64,000 nt of DNA from the NCBI GenBank assembly GCA_963792265.1, contig CAWBVP010000015.1, positions 160,742 through 224,741 on the forward strand, read 5' to 3'. Shown here one piece after another: positions 1 to 11,463 of this stretch. Both the position numbers and the translations under genes were made by a program. The stretch's first letter is position 1. Each line of letters opens with the position of its first letter. The notes under the pieces were generated by a model. That model was not told the DNA's origin. It saw only the letters and a program-made list of their open reading frames with translations, and did not search any database. This DNA is from an uncultured Gemmatimonadales bacterium (GTDB lineage: Bacteria > Gemmatimonadota > Gemmatimonadetes > Gemmatimonadales > GWC2-71-9).

Positions 1-1183
1 GTCGGGGAGATTGCTCGGATTCTCCAGCAGCAACATCTCGCCGTCGGTCTTGTACACGTGGTACTCGACCGTGGGCACGGTGGTAATGAGCGCCAGGTCG
101 AACTCCCGCTCCAGCCGCTCCTGCACGATCTCCATGTGGAGGAGACCGAGGAAGCCGCAGCGAAACCCGAAGCCCAGCGCGGTAGACGATTCCGGCTCGT
201 AGTGCAGGCTGGCGTCGTTGAGCCGGAGCTTTTCCAGCGCGTCGCGCAGATTCTCGTACTGGTCCGAGTCGGTGGGGTAGAGGCCGGCAAAGACCATGGA
301 CTTGACCTCGCGATACCCCGGCAGCAGCTCGGTCGCGCGGTTGGCGGCGTCCAAGATGGTGTCCCCGACCCGGGCATCCCGCACGTCGCGCAGGCTGGCC
401 ACCAGGTAGCCGACTTCACCGGCCACCAGCTCGCCGGTGGGGTGCTGCCCCAGCTGGAGGTAGCCGACCTCGTCGACATGGTGTACGTCGTCCGGGTGGG
501 CCCCGAAGACGATCTCCATCCCCTCCCGCACGGCGCCGTCCACCACCCGGATGCTGGGAATCCCGCCCCGGTAGCGGTCGTAGTACGAATCGAAGATCAG
601 GGCCCGCAGCGGCGCATCTACTCGGCCCGCGGGGAGGCGGGACCCGGGCCACCAGCGTTTCCAACAGCTCGGGAATGCCGGTGCCCTCCTTGGCCGAAAC
701 CGCCAGGATCTCCTCCCGCTTGGCGCCGATCAGATCCATGATCTCCTTGGCACGGACCTCCGGCTCGGCCCCAGGCAAATCGATCTTGTTGAGTACCGGG
801 ATGATCTCGAGCCCGGCGTCCATCGCGAGAAAGAGGTTGCTCAAGGTCTGGGCCTGGACCCCCTGGGACGCATCCACCACCAGAATGGCCCCCTCGCACG
901 CGGCAAGGGAGCGGGAGACCTCATAAGTGAAGTCCACGTGGCCCGGCGTATCGATGAGGTTGAGCTCGTAGGTCTGGCCGTCCCCAGCGGTATAGCTCAT
1001 CCGCACCGCGTTCAGCTTGATCGTGATCCCGCGCTCCCGCTCGAGGTCCATGGTATCGAGCAGCTGCTCCCGCATCTGTCGCTTTTCCACCGCGCCGGTG
1101 GCCTCGATGAGCCGGTCGGCCAGCGTGGACTTGCCATGGTCGATGTGGGCGACGATGCAGAAGTTGCGGATGCGTTGCGACAT
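1..1183 (-). CDS. lepA: Elongation factor 4 (LepA), N-terminal ~390 codons; runs off the left edge; one frame break near 625-640
   Basis: Starts [27 protein letters not shown], followed by [15 protein letters not shown] and NKIDLPGA GTPase motifs (ORF 416..1288). After VARVPPPRG the LepA sequence [18 protein letters not shown]...[23 protein letters not shown] continues in another minus frame down to position 1. Confidence 0.95.
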
Positions 1184-1339
1184 GGGGGGAAGATAGGCGG
1201 GGCAGCGGGGAAGCGGGGCAGCGGAGCGGCGAGAGCTCAGCTGTGAACGACTCGGACGAGTGTGATTACACTTTACGCGCCATGTCAACTACGGCCACGG
1301 TCGACCGCTGCCCCGCCTGCCCCGCTGCCCCGCCGCCCC
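1184..1339. repeat. Inverted pair of G-rich/C-rich octamer arrays (GGGGMAGC)n bracketing the lepA-eamA divergent intergenic region
   Basis: 1196-1224 reads GGCGGGGCAGCGGGGAAGCGGGGCAGCGG. 1305-1339 (CCGCTGCCCCGCCTGCCCCGCTGCCCCGCCGCCCC) is its near-perfect reverse complement, with a ~80 nt spacer. A G6 run at 1184-1189 adds a fourth G tract. Confidence 0.8.
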
Positions 1340-1367
1340 GTCGCGTCTCACCGCGCAGGACCTCGGC

Positions 1368-2225
1368 ATGCTGCTCGTCTGCCTCATCTGGGGCCTGAAC
1401 TTCAGCGTCACCAAGTTCGCGCTGGTCGAGATTCCCCCGCTGCCGTTCACCGCTGTCCGGTTTGTGGCTGCGAGCCTGCTGCTGTGGGTGGTCCTCCGGC
1501 TGGTTGAAGGCCCCACAGCGGAGCCGCGCGTGGGCATCAAGCGGCTGGTCATCCTGGGTCTGATCGGGAACACCTGTTACCAGCTCGCCTTTACCGTGGG
1601 TCTCTCGAAGACCACTGCAACCAACAGTGCCCTCATCCTTTCGACCGTGCCGACGGTCGTCGCGCTCTTTGCCGGTGCGCTCGGTCTGGAGCGGATCACG
1701 CCGAAGATGTGGCTTGGGATCGCGCTGGGCACGCTGGGCGTAGTCCTGGTGATCGCCACTCGAGGCGTGGGATTCGACGTCAAAACCCTGCCCGGCGACC
1801 TGCTGACCATCCTGGCGGTGCTTTGCTGGGCCGGCTATACCGTCGGGCTGCGCCAGGTACCTGCCGGCATCAGCCCGCTGCGAGTCACCACCATTACCAC
1901 CATCGCTGGTACGCCCGGTCTGCTGCTCGCCGGCCTTCCCGGCATGCTTCGGTTGCAGTGGGAGAGTGTCAGGGTCGAGGCGTGGCTGGCGTTGGGCTAT
2001 GCCGCCGTGCTCTCGCTCGTGGTGGCGTACCTGCTCTGGAACCGGAGCGTGAAGGCGGTCGGCGGCACCCGGACCGCGATCTACATGTGCATCACCCCGC
2101 TGTTCGCGGTCGCTGGCGCCTGGCTGCTATTGGGCGAACGGCCGCATCCGCTGCAGGGCGTTGGTGCGGTCTTCATCATTGCGGGAGTGCTGCTTGACGA
2201 GGGCGGCGGAGAAGGGAACGGATAG
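1368..2225 (+). CDS. EamA/DMT-family transporter
   Basis: Intact 285-aa ORF that is hydrophobic throughout. It has two EamA-like halves (LIWGLNFSVTKFAL... and LCWAGYTVGLRQV...). Confidence 0.85.
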   Translation: MLLVCLIWGLNFSVTKFALVEIPPLPFTAVRFVAASLLLWVVLRLVEGPTAEPRVGIKRLVILGLIGNTCYQLAFTVGLSKTTATNSALILSTVPTVVALFAGALGLERITPKMWLGIALGTLGVVLVIATRGVGFDVKTLPGDLLTILAVLCWAGYTVGLRQVPAGISPLRVTTITTIAGTPGLLLAGLPGMLRLQWESVRVEAWLALGYAAVLSLVVAYLLWNRSVKAVGGTRTAIYMCITPLFAVAGAWLLLGERPHPLQGVGAVFIIAGVLLDEGGGEGNG

Positions 2226-2249
2226 ACGTCTCTCCGGCCCTCCGCTCTC

Positions 2250-3756
2250 TTACTGCTCCACAATCTCCCTGTACGACTCCGGCTTCCACTGCGGCCGATT
2301 GGGCGCGTTCGCCACTTCCTGTCCCAGATAGAACAGCAGCCGGACGATCCGGGCCTCCTTCTCGCTGTTGATCTTGTCGGGCGAGTCGGTGACCTCGTGG
2401 TAGTCCTGGTGCACCCCATTAAAGAAGAAGAGGATGGGAACGCCGCGCCGGGCGAAGTTGTAGTGGTCGGAGCGGAAGTAGAAGCGCTCCTCCGGCCAGC
2501 GGTCATCGATGGCGGTCATGCCCAGCTCCCGGTGCGCCGCGTTCACCCGATTGAGGGTGGCGCCCAGGTCGGAGTGCTCCTTGCCGATGGCGACGATGGT
2601 ATCCGGCCAGTTGCGACCGATCATGTCGATGTTGATGTCCGCCACGATGTCGCCGATCGGCACCGGCGGGTGGGCGCTGAAATGGTCGCTGCCCCAGAGT
2701 CCCTTCTCCTCGCCGCTCACCGTCAGGAAGATGATGGAGCGCTTGGGCCGGGCGCCCGGCCGGCTGAACGCCTCCGCCAGCTCGATGACCCCGACGGTGC
2801 CCGACCCATCATCATCCGCCCCATTGTTGATGCTGTCCGGCTGTCCCGGGGTGATGCCGATGTGGTCCATGTGGGCCGAGTAGACCAGGTACTCGTGCTT
2901 GAGCTTGGGATCGCTTCCCTCGAGGATCCCCACGGTGTTGGGAGCGGTCAGTGACGAGATGACGCTGTCCTTCATCTCGATTGCCACTTTGAGACTCGGA
3001 AGCTCCTTCAGCACGGTGCCGCTCCCGGAGCGCGCCGCCGCCAGATCGACCTTCGCGGCCCGAAGCGCCGGCTCGAGCGCGGCCCTCCGCACCGACCAAG
3101 AGCACCGGCTGCTCGGAGATGCCAATCACGGAGCGCTCCGGCGCCCGCGCCGGAATGGTCTTGGCAAACGACGCCGAGTCCCGGTCGCTCAGCAGGATCA
3201 GGGCCCGGGGTCTCCCGCCATAAAGGGTGCGGATCCCCTGTTCCACCTCGGCCGACCCCGAATCAGCGACGCTGAGCGGAACCAGGAGGATCCTGCCTTT
3301 TACCGCGAGCGCTACAGCAGAGGCGGCGGTGAGCGGTCCGGTCACCATCATCGCCGGGCCGATCACCGGCTGCAACGGCACCTGGCCCGCCACCAGCCGG
3401 GCAGAGCTGGTGAAGGCCGCATCCGACTTCACCCCGCCGGCGCTGAGCGAGACCCTCGACTGCGTCAGGTCCAGCCGCCGGCGAGCAATCGGGTAGCGCT
3501 GGAACCAGGAGCCGGAGTCGCCGCCGGGACGGAGGCCGAAGGCCTTGAACTGGTCGGCCACGTACTGCGCCGTGAGCTCCAGTCCCCGGCTGGGTGTGTC
3601 CCGTCCCATCATGGAGTCGTCAGCAATGATGCCGATCCGGCGGGCCACGTCCGGCCCCGTGATCGTGCCCGCCGCCTTGGTCAGCGGAGCGGCGGTTTGA
3701 GCGAGAAGAGCAACCGGACATACCAGCAGCAAGCCGAGCAGCGTCGGACGGCGCAT
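2250..3756 (-). CDS. M28-family secreted aminopeptidase; one frame break at ~3084-3086
   Basis: Signal peptide MRRPTLLGLLLVCPVALLAQ (ORF 2812..3756). The catalytic half carries HMDHIG, NNGADDDGSGTVGVIELAEAF, SGEEKGLWGS and DMIGRN (ORF 2250..3125). The two join at ..LLVGAE|AALEPALRAA.. Confidence 0.88.
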
Positions 3757-3830
3757 TGAGTTGGATCCTGAATAGAAGTTGATGCGAGGAGCTTACCGGT
3801 GGAGCCTCGTCTGGATCAAGCTACGGTGAG

Positions 3831-4817
3831 GTGCCGCTCGCGGTTTCAGCGTTTGACTCTACTCTGACGCCCGGATACGCTTCCCCTCCCATGCACCAAC
3901 CCGCTGCCTCCCCTGGCCGTGCCCGCCTGGACCTGCTCGATCCCCTGGAAGTGTCGAAGCTGGGTGGTCTCGAGATCATCACCGAAGGCGTGGTGGAAGG
4001 CTTTCTCAGCGGCCTGCACCGCTCGCCCCGGCGCGGCTTCTCCGTCGAATTCGCCGAGCACCGGATGTACCAGCCCGGCGACGAGCTGCGCTACGTCGAT
4101 TGGAAGATCCTCGGCCGCAACGACCGGCTCTACGTCAAACAGTTCGAGGAAGAGACCAATCTTCGCGCCATCATCGTCTGCGATACCAGCCGGTCCATGG
4201 CCTGGAGCGGGTCTCCCGACACCGTGCTGCCCAAGCTCGCCTACGCCCAGCGGCTGATCGCCGCGCTCTCGCTGGTGCTCATCCGCCAGCGCGACGCCAC
4301 CGGACTGATCACCTTCGACGACGACGTCCGCACCGTCACCGCACCCCGTGCCCGGCTGAGTCACTGGCACCAGCTGCTGCAGGTGATCGGCGGATTACGG
4401 GCGGGACATGGGACCGCGGCCGAGCCGGCGTTGCGCCGCGTCATCGGGCAGCTCCGGCGGAGAGGGCTGGTGGTGTTCGTTTCCGACCTCCTGCTCGACC
4501 GGGCACTCGCCCTCAAGGCGCTCCGCTTTCTGCGCCATCGTGGCCACCAGGTACTGGTCCTCCATATCATGGATCCGGCCGAGGTCACCCTGGGCGGCCC
4601 CAACGAAGCCCGGTTCGAGGATCCCGAGACCCACGCTACCGTGGTGCTCCGGCCGCGGGACTGGGCCGGTGCCTACCGCGACACCGTTCGAAACGTCGTG
4701 AGTGAATGGCGGCTCGCCTGCCGCCGCCATGGCATTGCCTACCACCGCGTCACCACCGACACGCCCTTCGGCGTAGTACTCCGCGAGGCCCTGGCGCAAC
4801 CTTCTCGCTCGGCATGA
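3831..4817 (+). CDS. DUF58 domain protein (MoxR/BatA-associated, vWA-like)
   Basis: Intact ORF containing RRGFSVEFAEHRMYQPGDELRYVDWKILGRNDRLYVKQFEEETNL. The stop overlaps the next start (ATGA at 4814-4817). The true start may be the ATG at 3891. Confidence 0.85.
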   Translation: MPLAVSAFDSTLTPGYASPPMHQPAASPGRARLDLLDPLEVSKLGGLEIITEGVVEGFLSGLHRSPRRGFSVEFAEHRMYQPGDELRYVDWKILGRNDRLYVKQFEEETNLRAIIVCDTSRSMAWSGSPDTVLPKLAYAQRLIAALSLVLIRQRDATGLITFDDDVRTVTAPRARLSHWHQLLQVIGGLRAGHGTAAEPALRRVIGQLRRRGLVVFVSDLLLDRALALKALRFLRHRGHQVLVLHIMDPAEVTLGGPNEARFEDPETHATVVLRPRDWAGAYRDTVRNVVSEWRLACRRHGIAYHRVTTDTPFGVVLREALAQPSRSA

Positions 4818-6599
4818 TCGGCTTTCTGCACCCGTGGGTGTTGGCCGGGCTCGCCGCGGCCGCGATCCCCATTCTCCTCCACCTGCTCGCGCGCCGCGAG
4901 CCTCCTACCGTGGTGTTCCCGGCGGTGCGCTACCTGGTGACCACCACCCGGGAGCACCAGCGCCGGCTCAAGCTGCAGAACTGGCTCCTGCTGCTGCTGC
5001 GCACCCTGCTCATCGTCCTCGTGGTGCTTGCGGCTGCCGCACCCAGCATGCCGCTGAGCGGGGTGCCCGGCCACTCGCCCAGCGCGCTGGTCCTGATCGT
5101 GGACAACTCCCCCAGCAGCGGTGCGGTAATGGAAGGAGCGCCCCTGCTCCGGCAGCTGGTCGCGGCCGGGCACCGAGTGCTGGCCCGGGCCACGCCGGAG
5201 GACGCGCTCTGGCTGGTGGCAGCGGACGGGATCCCCCGCCGGGGGGACCGGGTTACGTTGGACGAGCTGCTGAACGGGCTGAGCATTTCTCCCCGCCGGC
5301 TCGACCTCGGAAGCGCCGTCACTCTCGCCGGCGAAGTGCTGGCTCCCGAGCCCCGTCCGGGAGAGATCGTCCTGCTGACCGACCTCCAGGCCACCGCGCT
5401 CTCTCCAGCCCAACCCTCGGCGCCGCTGGTCGTGGCCCGGCCCGATGCTCCCGCTCCCCCGAATTCAGGGATCGGTAGCCTCGACGCCGGCACTCAGCCC
5501 TGGTCTACCGATGGCGGGCGAGTGGCCGTGACCCTGGTCGGCGATTCGGGAAGCGCCGTTCCGGTAACCGCCCGGCTGGGCAATCGTCCGGCCCGCCAGC
5601 TGCTGGGCCGGGTGGGCAGCTCGCTCAGCATCAGCGTGCCGGGCGCGCCGAGCGGTTGGTGGACCCTCACCGCCGAGCTGGATCCGGACGAGTTCCGGCT
5701 GGACGACCGGCGGGTCTCGGCCATCCGGATCGCTCCCGTGGCTCGAGTGAACTGGGATTCGACCACCCGGTATCTGGCTGCGGCGTGCGAGGTCCTTGCC
5801 GGCAATCACCGGATCGAGTCCGGGGCGCGAAGTCACACTGGGACGCCTGGGCAGCGGCGTTTCGGTGGTGCAGCCGCCGGCTGACCCGGCCGAGCTCGGT
5901 GCGCTCAATCGGGCCCTCGCAGCGCGCGGCGTGGGCTGGAGCTACGGCGATCTCTCGAGCGAGTCGCGTCTCAGCGACAGCGGCGCGGTGGTGGGACGGC
6001 AGCGGGTGATCCGGCGCTATGCCCTGCAGTCCACCGGCAGCGGTCGCACCGGCGTGCTCGCCACCGTCAATGGGGCGCCATGGATCGTCCGCGGCGGCAA
6101 CGTGATCCTGCTGGGCAGCCGGTTGGAGCCGGACTGGACCGATCTCCCGGTGTCGGCGGGCTTCATGCCCTTCATGGACGTGCTGCTCAACCGGCTGGCC
6201 CGCGGCGAAGCGGCGCTGGAAAGCGGAGCCCCGGGTGATCCGGTGCAGCTGCCCGATCTCGTCACCGAAGTACGCAGAGGCGACCGGGACTGGCGGGTGG
6301 AGGGCGGTGGCGTGTTTCAGCCGCCGGAACCGGGCGTCTACTTTCTCCAGTCCGGCCGCGATACGGTGGGCGCCATCAGCGTGAACCCCGATCCTCGCGA
6401 GTCGCGGCTCGCCCGGGCGGACGATGGCCGGGCTCGCGAGCTGTGGAAGGGGGCGCGCATCGTCACCCTGAACCAGGCGGGAGACGCCGCCTTCTCCTCG
6501 GCAACTCGGGGCGATCTCCGGGGCCCGCTGCTCTGGACGGCGCTGCTGGTTGGTTTGATGGAAGCGGGACTGGCGAGCGGGTGGAGGCGGAAGCCGTGA
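4814..6599 (+). CDS. BatA-N (aerotolerance regulator N-terminal) domain membrane protein; frame break at GGGG 5822-5825
   Basis: N-terminus MIGFLHPWVLAGLAAAAIPILLHLLARREPPTVVFPAVRYL. It continues as ..NHRIES|GREVTLGRLG.. in ORF 5796..6599, which ends in a C-terminal TM segment LLWTALLVGLMEAGLA. Confidence 0.75.
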
Positions 6600-9500
6600 G
6601 TCTGAAGCCGGTCCTCGACGCCCTCGACCGCACTCCCGCGGTGCGCGATCTGGCGGAACGGCTCCCGTCCCGGGGCGGGGTCCTCCGGCTGGGGGGTCTG
6701 CCCGGCTCCAGCGGCGCGGCGCTGGTTGCCTGGCTGGTGCGGGCATTTCCTCAGCGGCTCATCACCATCATGGCGCCATCGCCGGCAGACGCCGAACGCT
6801 GGCTCAGCGACCTCTCCCATCTCAGCGATGCTGCAACCGCGCTCTATCCTCAGCGTGAGGCGCTGGGTGAGGACGAGCCTCACTACGAGATAGCGGGAGA
6901 GCGGGCCGAGACCGTCCAGGCGCTGCTCCAGGGCCAGCTTCGCGTTCTGGTCACCACGGCGCGAGCCACCGCGGAGCGCACGCTCCTGCCGGCGGCGCTG
7001 GAGCAGCTTCGCCTGACCCTCGCCGTTGGCGATCGGCGTCCTCCCGGTGAAGTCGCCCGGGCGCTGGAGGCGATGGGCTACCGCCGGGTGCCTACTGTGA
7101 CCGAGGTGGCCGAGTTCAGCGTCCGCGGCGGCATTCTGGATCTGTATGGCTTCGGCATGGCCGCGGCCGGCTCGGCTCGAGTGGTGGGGCGACGACATCA
7201 CGTCGCTGCGTGGATTCGACCTCACCACTCAGCGGTCGCTGGAGGAGCTGAGCAACATCACCGTGTTGCCGATCAATACGGTGGCGGTGAGAGAGGAGGC
7301 GGACGACGCGGACGGCCGGTCCGGCGGTCCGCCGAACGCTCCTCGAGCTGCTTCCCTCCGACACCCTCCTCGTTCAGGAAGCGGCCGGACCCGACGCCGA
7401 TGAGGTCACCCGCGCGTGGAATGAGGCGGAGCACCACCTCGACGTTGCCCGCCGGCTGGGAGAAGACGTACCCAGTCGCGACTCCATCTTCGAAGCCCCG
7501 GATCGGTGGCGCTCGCGGCTGGAGACCTTCCCCCGTCTGCTGCTGCGCGATGAATCGGTTGACCTCCAGATCGGCTTCTTCCCTCCCGAGCGGATCGACC
7601 GCGACCTGAACCGGCTCCGCGGCCTGCTCCGCTCGGAGACTCCGACCCTCATCCTCTGCGACAACGAGGGCCAGCTGGAGCGGATGGAGGAGCTGCTGGA
7701 GGAGGGCGGCCGCCGGCTGGCGAACGCCACCCTCGCGATCGGTGCCCTGGATGGCGGTTTCGTCACGCCCTTCCTCCGGGTGTTGACCGACCACGAGATC
7801 TTCCGCCGGGCCCGCCGGCTGCGCCGTCCGCGCCGCTATCGCGAGGCCGCCCCGTCGTCGGCCACCGGGGCGCTGACGCTGGGGGATTACGTCGTTCACC
7901 TGGAGCACGGGATCGGGATCTATCGCGGCATCGAGACGATCACCGCGGGCGAGTCGACCCTGGAAGTGGCCATCGTGGAGTACGAGGGCGGCGACCGGCT
8001 CAATGTCCCCCTGTACCGCCTGGATCAGCTCGAGCGCTATCGAGCCGCGGGTGAAGACGGCGATCGTCCGCCGCCCCGGATTCACCGGCTGGGCGGCTCC
8101 ACCTGGCAGCGGGTCCGGGAGCGGACTCGGCAGGCCATCAAGCAGATGGCGGCCGAGCTGCTCGACCTCTACGCCCGGCGTACGATCAGCACCGGTTTTG
8201 CCTTTCCTCCCGACACCAAGTGGCAGCGGGAGCTCGAGTCCAGCTTCCTCTACGAGGACACCCCGGACCAGCGCAAGGCCACCGAAGAAGTGAAGCGCGA
8301 CATGGAGCAGCCGCTTCCCATGGATCGCCTGCTCGTGGGCGACGTGGGCTACGGCAAGACCGAGATCGCGGTCCGGGCCGCCTTCAAGGCGGTGCAGGCG
8401 GGGAAGCAGGTGGCGGTGCTGGTGCCGACCACGATTCTCGCGGAGCAACATGGACGCACCTTCATCGAGCGCCTGGCTGACTTCCCGGTGCGGATCGAGG
8501 TGCTCTCCCGGTTCCGGACCGCCAAGGAACAAAAGGCGGCGCTGGCTCGCCTGGCCCAGGGACAGATCGACATCGTGATCGGCACCCACCGCCTGCTCTC
8601 CAAGGACGTTGCCTTTCGGGATCTCGGTCTCCTGGTGGTCGATGAGGAGCACCGCTTTGGGGTGAAGCACAAGGAGCGGCTCAAGGCCCTGCGGCTCTCG
8701 GTCGACGTGCTCACCCTCACGGCGACCCCGATCCCTCGCACGCTGCACCTCTCGCTCGCCGGGTTGCGCGACCTGACCTTGATCGAGACCGCGCCGCGCG
8801 ACCGGTCACCCATTCTCACCTTCGTCGAGCCCTGGGACGATCCCCTCCTGGAAGAAGCCTTTGCCCGGGAGATCGATCGCGGCGGCCAGGTCTTCGCGGT
8901 GCACAACCGGATCGAGACCATCGACACCGTGGCGGCCAAGGTGCACAATCTCGCCCCTCGGGCCCGGGTGGGAGTGGCCCACGGCCAGATGCCGGCCGAG
9001 GAGCTGGAGACCGTCATGCAGCGCTTCGTCGCCGGCGAGGTGGACATCCTGGTCTCCACCATGATCGTGGAATCCGGGCTCGACGTTCCTAATGCGAACA
9101 CCATGGTGGTGCACGATGCCCATCGTTTCGGGCTGGCGCAGCTCTACCAGCTCCGGGGCCGGGTAGGCCGGAGTCACCGGCGGGCCTACTGCTATCTCCT
9201 CGTGCCCGACACCATCGATGGCGACGCCGAGGAACGGCTCCGGGTTCTGGAGCATCATACTGAGCTTGGGGCGGGCTACCGGATCGCGCTCAAGGACCTG
9301 GAGATTCGGGGCGCGGGCAACCTGCTCGGGGCGGAACAGTCCGGCCATGCCCAGGCGGTGGGGTTCGATCTCTATTTGCGCTGGCTGGAGGAGACGGTCC
9401 GGGCCCTTCGAGGGCAGGGCAGCACGGCCGAGCAGCCGCCTCCGCCCGAGGTGGTGCTGGACCATCCGGCGCATCTTCCCGACGGCTTTGTCCCCGACGA

Positions 9501-9873
9501 CGACGTGAAGTTGGATCTGTACCGGCGACTGGCGCGGGCTGCCACATCCGGCGAAATTGACGGGCTCCGGGATGAACTGCGCGAGCGCTTCGGGCCGCTG
9601 CCGCCCCCGGCCGAGACCCTGCTCGACATGACTCGGCTTCGGGTCATGGGAGCAGAGCTCGGTCTTCAGAACGTGCTGGTCCGGGGCGACGAGGCGCGCC
9701 TCACCTTCCGTCCCGGCACGGCGCCGAGGCTCGCGGGGCTCACTTCCGCGCTCGACGATGTGCAGCTCGCCGCGGAGGTTCGCCGGACCGTGCCCCTCTC
9801 GCTGCGACTGCTGCGGCTGGGAGGAGAGCCGATTGTGCCCGCGCTCGTGCGGGCATTGCGTAAAGCGTTTTGA
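6596..9873 (+). CDS. mfd: Transcription-repair coupling factor Mfd; two frame breaks (~7165, ~7328)
   Basis: The GTG start overlaps the preceding stop (GTGA). Key segments are GLPGSSGAALVA, FSVRGGILDLYGFGMAA|PARLEWWGDDITSLRGFDLTTQRS, VVHLEHGIGIY, helicase motifs GDVGYGKTEIA and DEEHRFGV, and the TRG region. Confidence 0.95.
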
Positions 9874-9959
9874 AGTCTAGGGCAGTGCGAGAGTCGTAGC
9901 GACCAGCGACATAGACTCTCACCCTGACCTTCACCCAACCGGAGAGTAAATGCGCCGCT

Positions 9960-11373
9960 TTGTCGTTTGTCCCCGTCCTCGTGCTCGCCGCCGGCCTCAC
10001 CGCCTGCGACAGCTTCCGTGATCTCTTCTCGGCTCACGCCGACGTGGCCGCCGAGGCCGGTGGGCAAAAGCTCACGCCCGACCGGCTGGGCCAGATCATG
10101 AACAGCGGGAAGGGAATGCGGCCCAACCGGGAGGCGGCCAACTTCGTCTCCAACGTCTGGATCGATTACACCCTCTTTGCCCAGGCCATCGCCAATGGCA
10201 AGCTGCCGCTCGACTCGGCCAGCATTGCCAAGGCGGTATGGCCCGAGCTGGCTGAGCTGCGCGGCAGCCATTGGCACGACTCCCTCATGGCCCGCCGGTC
10301 AAAGATCGGACCCAACGACGCCGACAGCGTGTACGAGGCCAACCAGGTCCGGGTGCTTCAGCACATTCTCTTCCGGGTAGCGCCGAACGCGACTCCCCCG
10401 GTTCGCAATGCCGCGCGGAAAAAGGCGGACGCGCGTGCTGACGCAGGTGAAGGGTGGCGCCGACTTCGGCACCCTGGCATCCAAGGTCTCCGAAGATCCG
10501 GGCAGCAGAGCGGACAAGGGCTTCCTCCCGCCCAGTCCCAAAGGCAGGTTCGTCCCCGCGTTCGATAGTGCCGGATGGTCCCTGGCGCCCGGTGCCGTCA
10601 GCGGCGTGATCGAAACCCCGTTCGGCTATCACATCATCAAGCGGCCGGCTGAGGACGCTGTGCGAGACCGGCTGACCGCCTACCTGCTTCAGAACGCCGG
10701 CACCCGGCTCGACTCCATCTATATGGATAGCCTGGCGATCAAGGCCAACATCAAGATCGCCAAGGGAGCAGCGGCTGCCATGCGGGCGGCGAGCGAGAAT
10801 CCGGAGGAGGCCCGCGGCTCCGGCAAGGCTCTGTCGACGTTCAAGGGTGGCGAGCTCACGGTCGGAGAGTTCCTCCGCTGGCTCCAGGCACTCCCGCCCC
10901 AGTACGCCGCGCAGCTGCGTCAGGCGGACGACAGCATGCTGACCCAGTTCGCCAAGGTGCTCACCCAGAACGTGCTCCTGCTGCGCCAGGCCGATTCCGC
11001 GAAGATCAACGTGACCCCGGCCGAATGGCAGTCGATGGCGGCGAACTATCGGGGGCAGCTGGATACGCTGCGACTGGAGATGGGTCTCGACACCGCGTCG
11101 CTGTGGGACTCGACGGTGGCGTCGCGAGACCGGAACAAGGTCGCCTCCGTCAAAGTGGAGCAGTATTTCGACCGGCTGGTCACCGGCAAGTCCCGGCTGC
11201 GCCCACTCCCATCCGCTCTGGCCGGGCTGCTTCGCGATCGCTCCGACTACAAGATCTATGGCTCGGGTCTGAACCGTGCCGTCGAGCTGGCGGAAGCCGA
11301 GCGCAGCAAGGCAGACACCAAGCAAGGCCGCCGCTCAAGCCCGCACCGGGCCCCGCGCCGATTCCGGGAGTAG
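9960..11373 (+). CDS. PpiC/parvulin-type peptidyl-prolyl isomerase lipoprotein; frame break ~10432
   Basis: TTG start with lipobox LAAGLTAC. The rotamase core reads VKGGADFGTLASKVSEDPGSRADKGFLPPSPKGRFVPAFDSAGWSLAPGAVSGVIETPFGYHIIKR. Confidence 0.75.
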
Positions 11374-11463
11374 TGCCGGATAGCAGCAAGGCCGCACCCA
11401 AACGACCGGCTCGGCCGCGCGCCCCGCACCGACAGCGCGGCGGCCAAGCCGGCCCAATGACAG

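Noticed and set aside
7273-8748. Long antisense ORFs: 7273..8748 (491 aa), and likewise 19541..21460 (639 aa), 53689..54993 (434 aa), 58867..60195 (442 aa) and 10285..11325.
   Set aside because: They lie opposite clearly identified genes (mfd, typA, ptrB, htrA, PpiC). Their products are low-complexity and R/G/P/A-rich with no motifs. They are typical shadow ORFs of high-G+C DNA.
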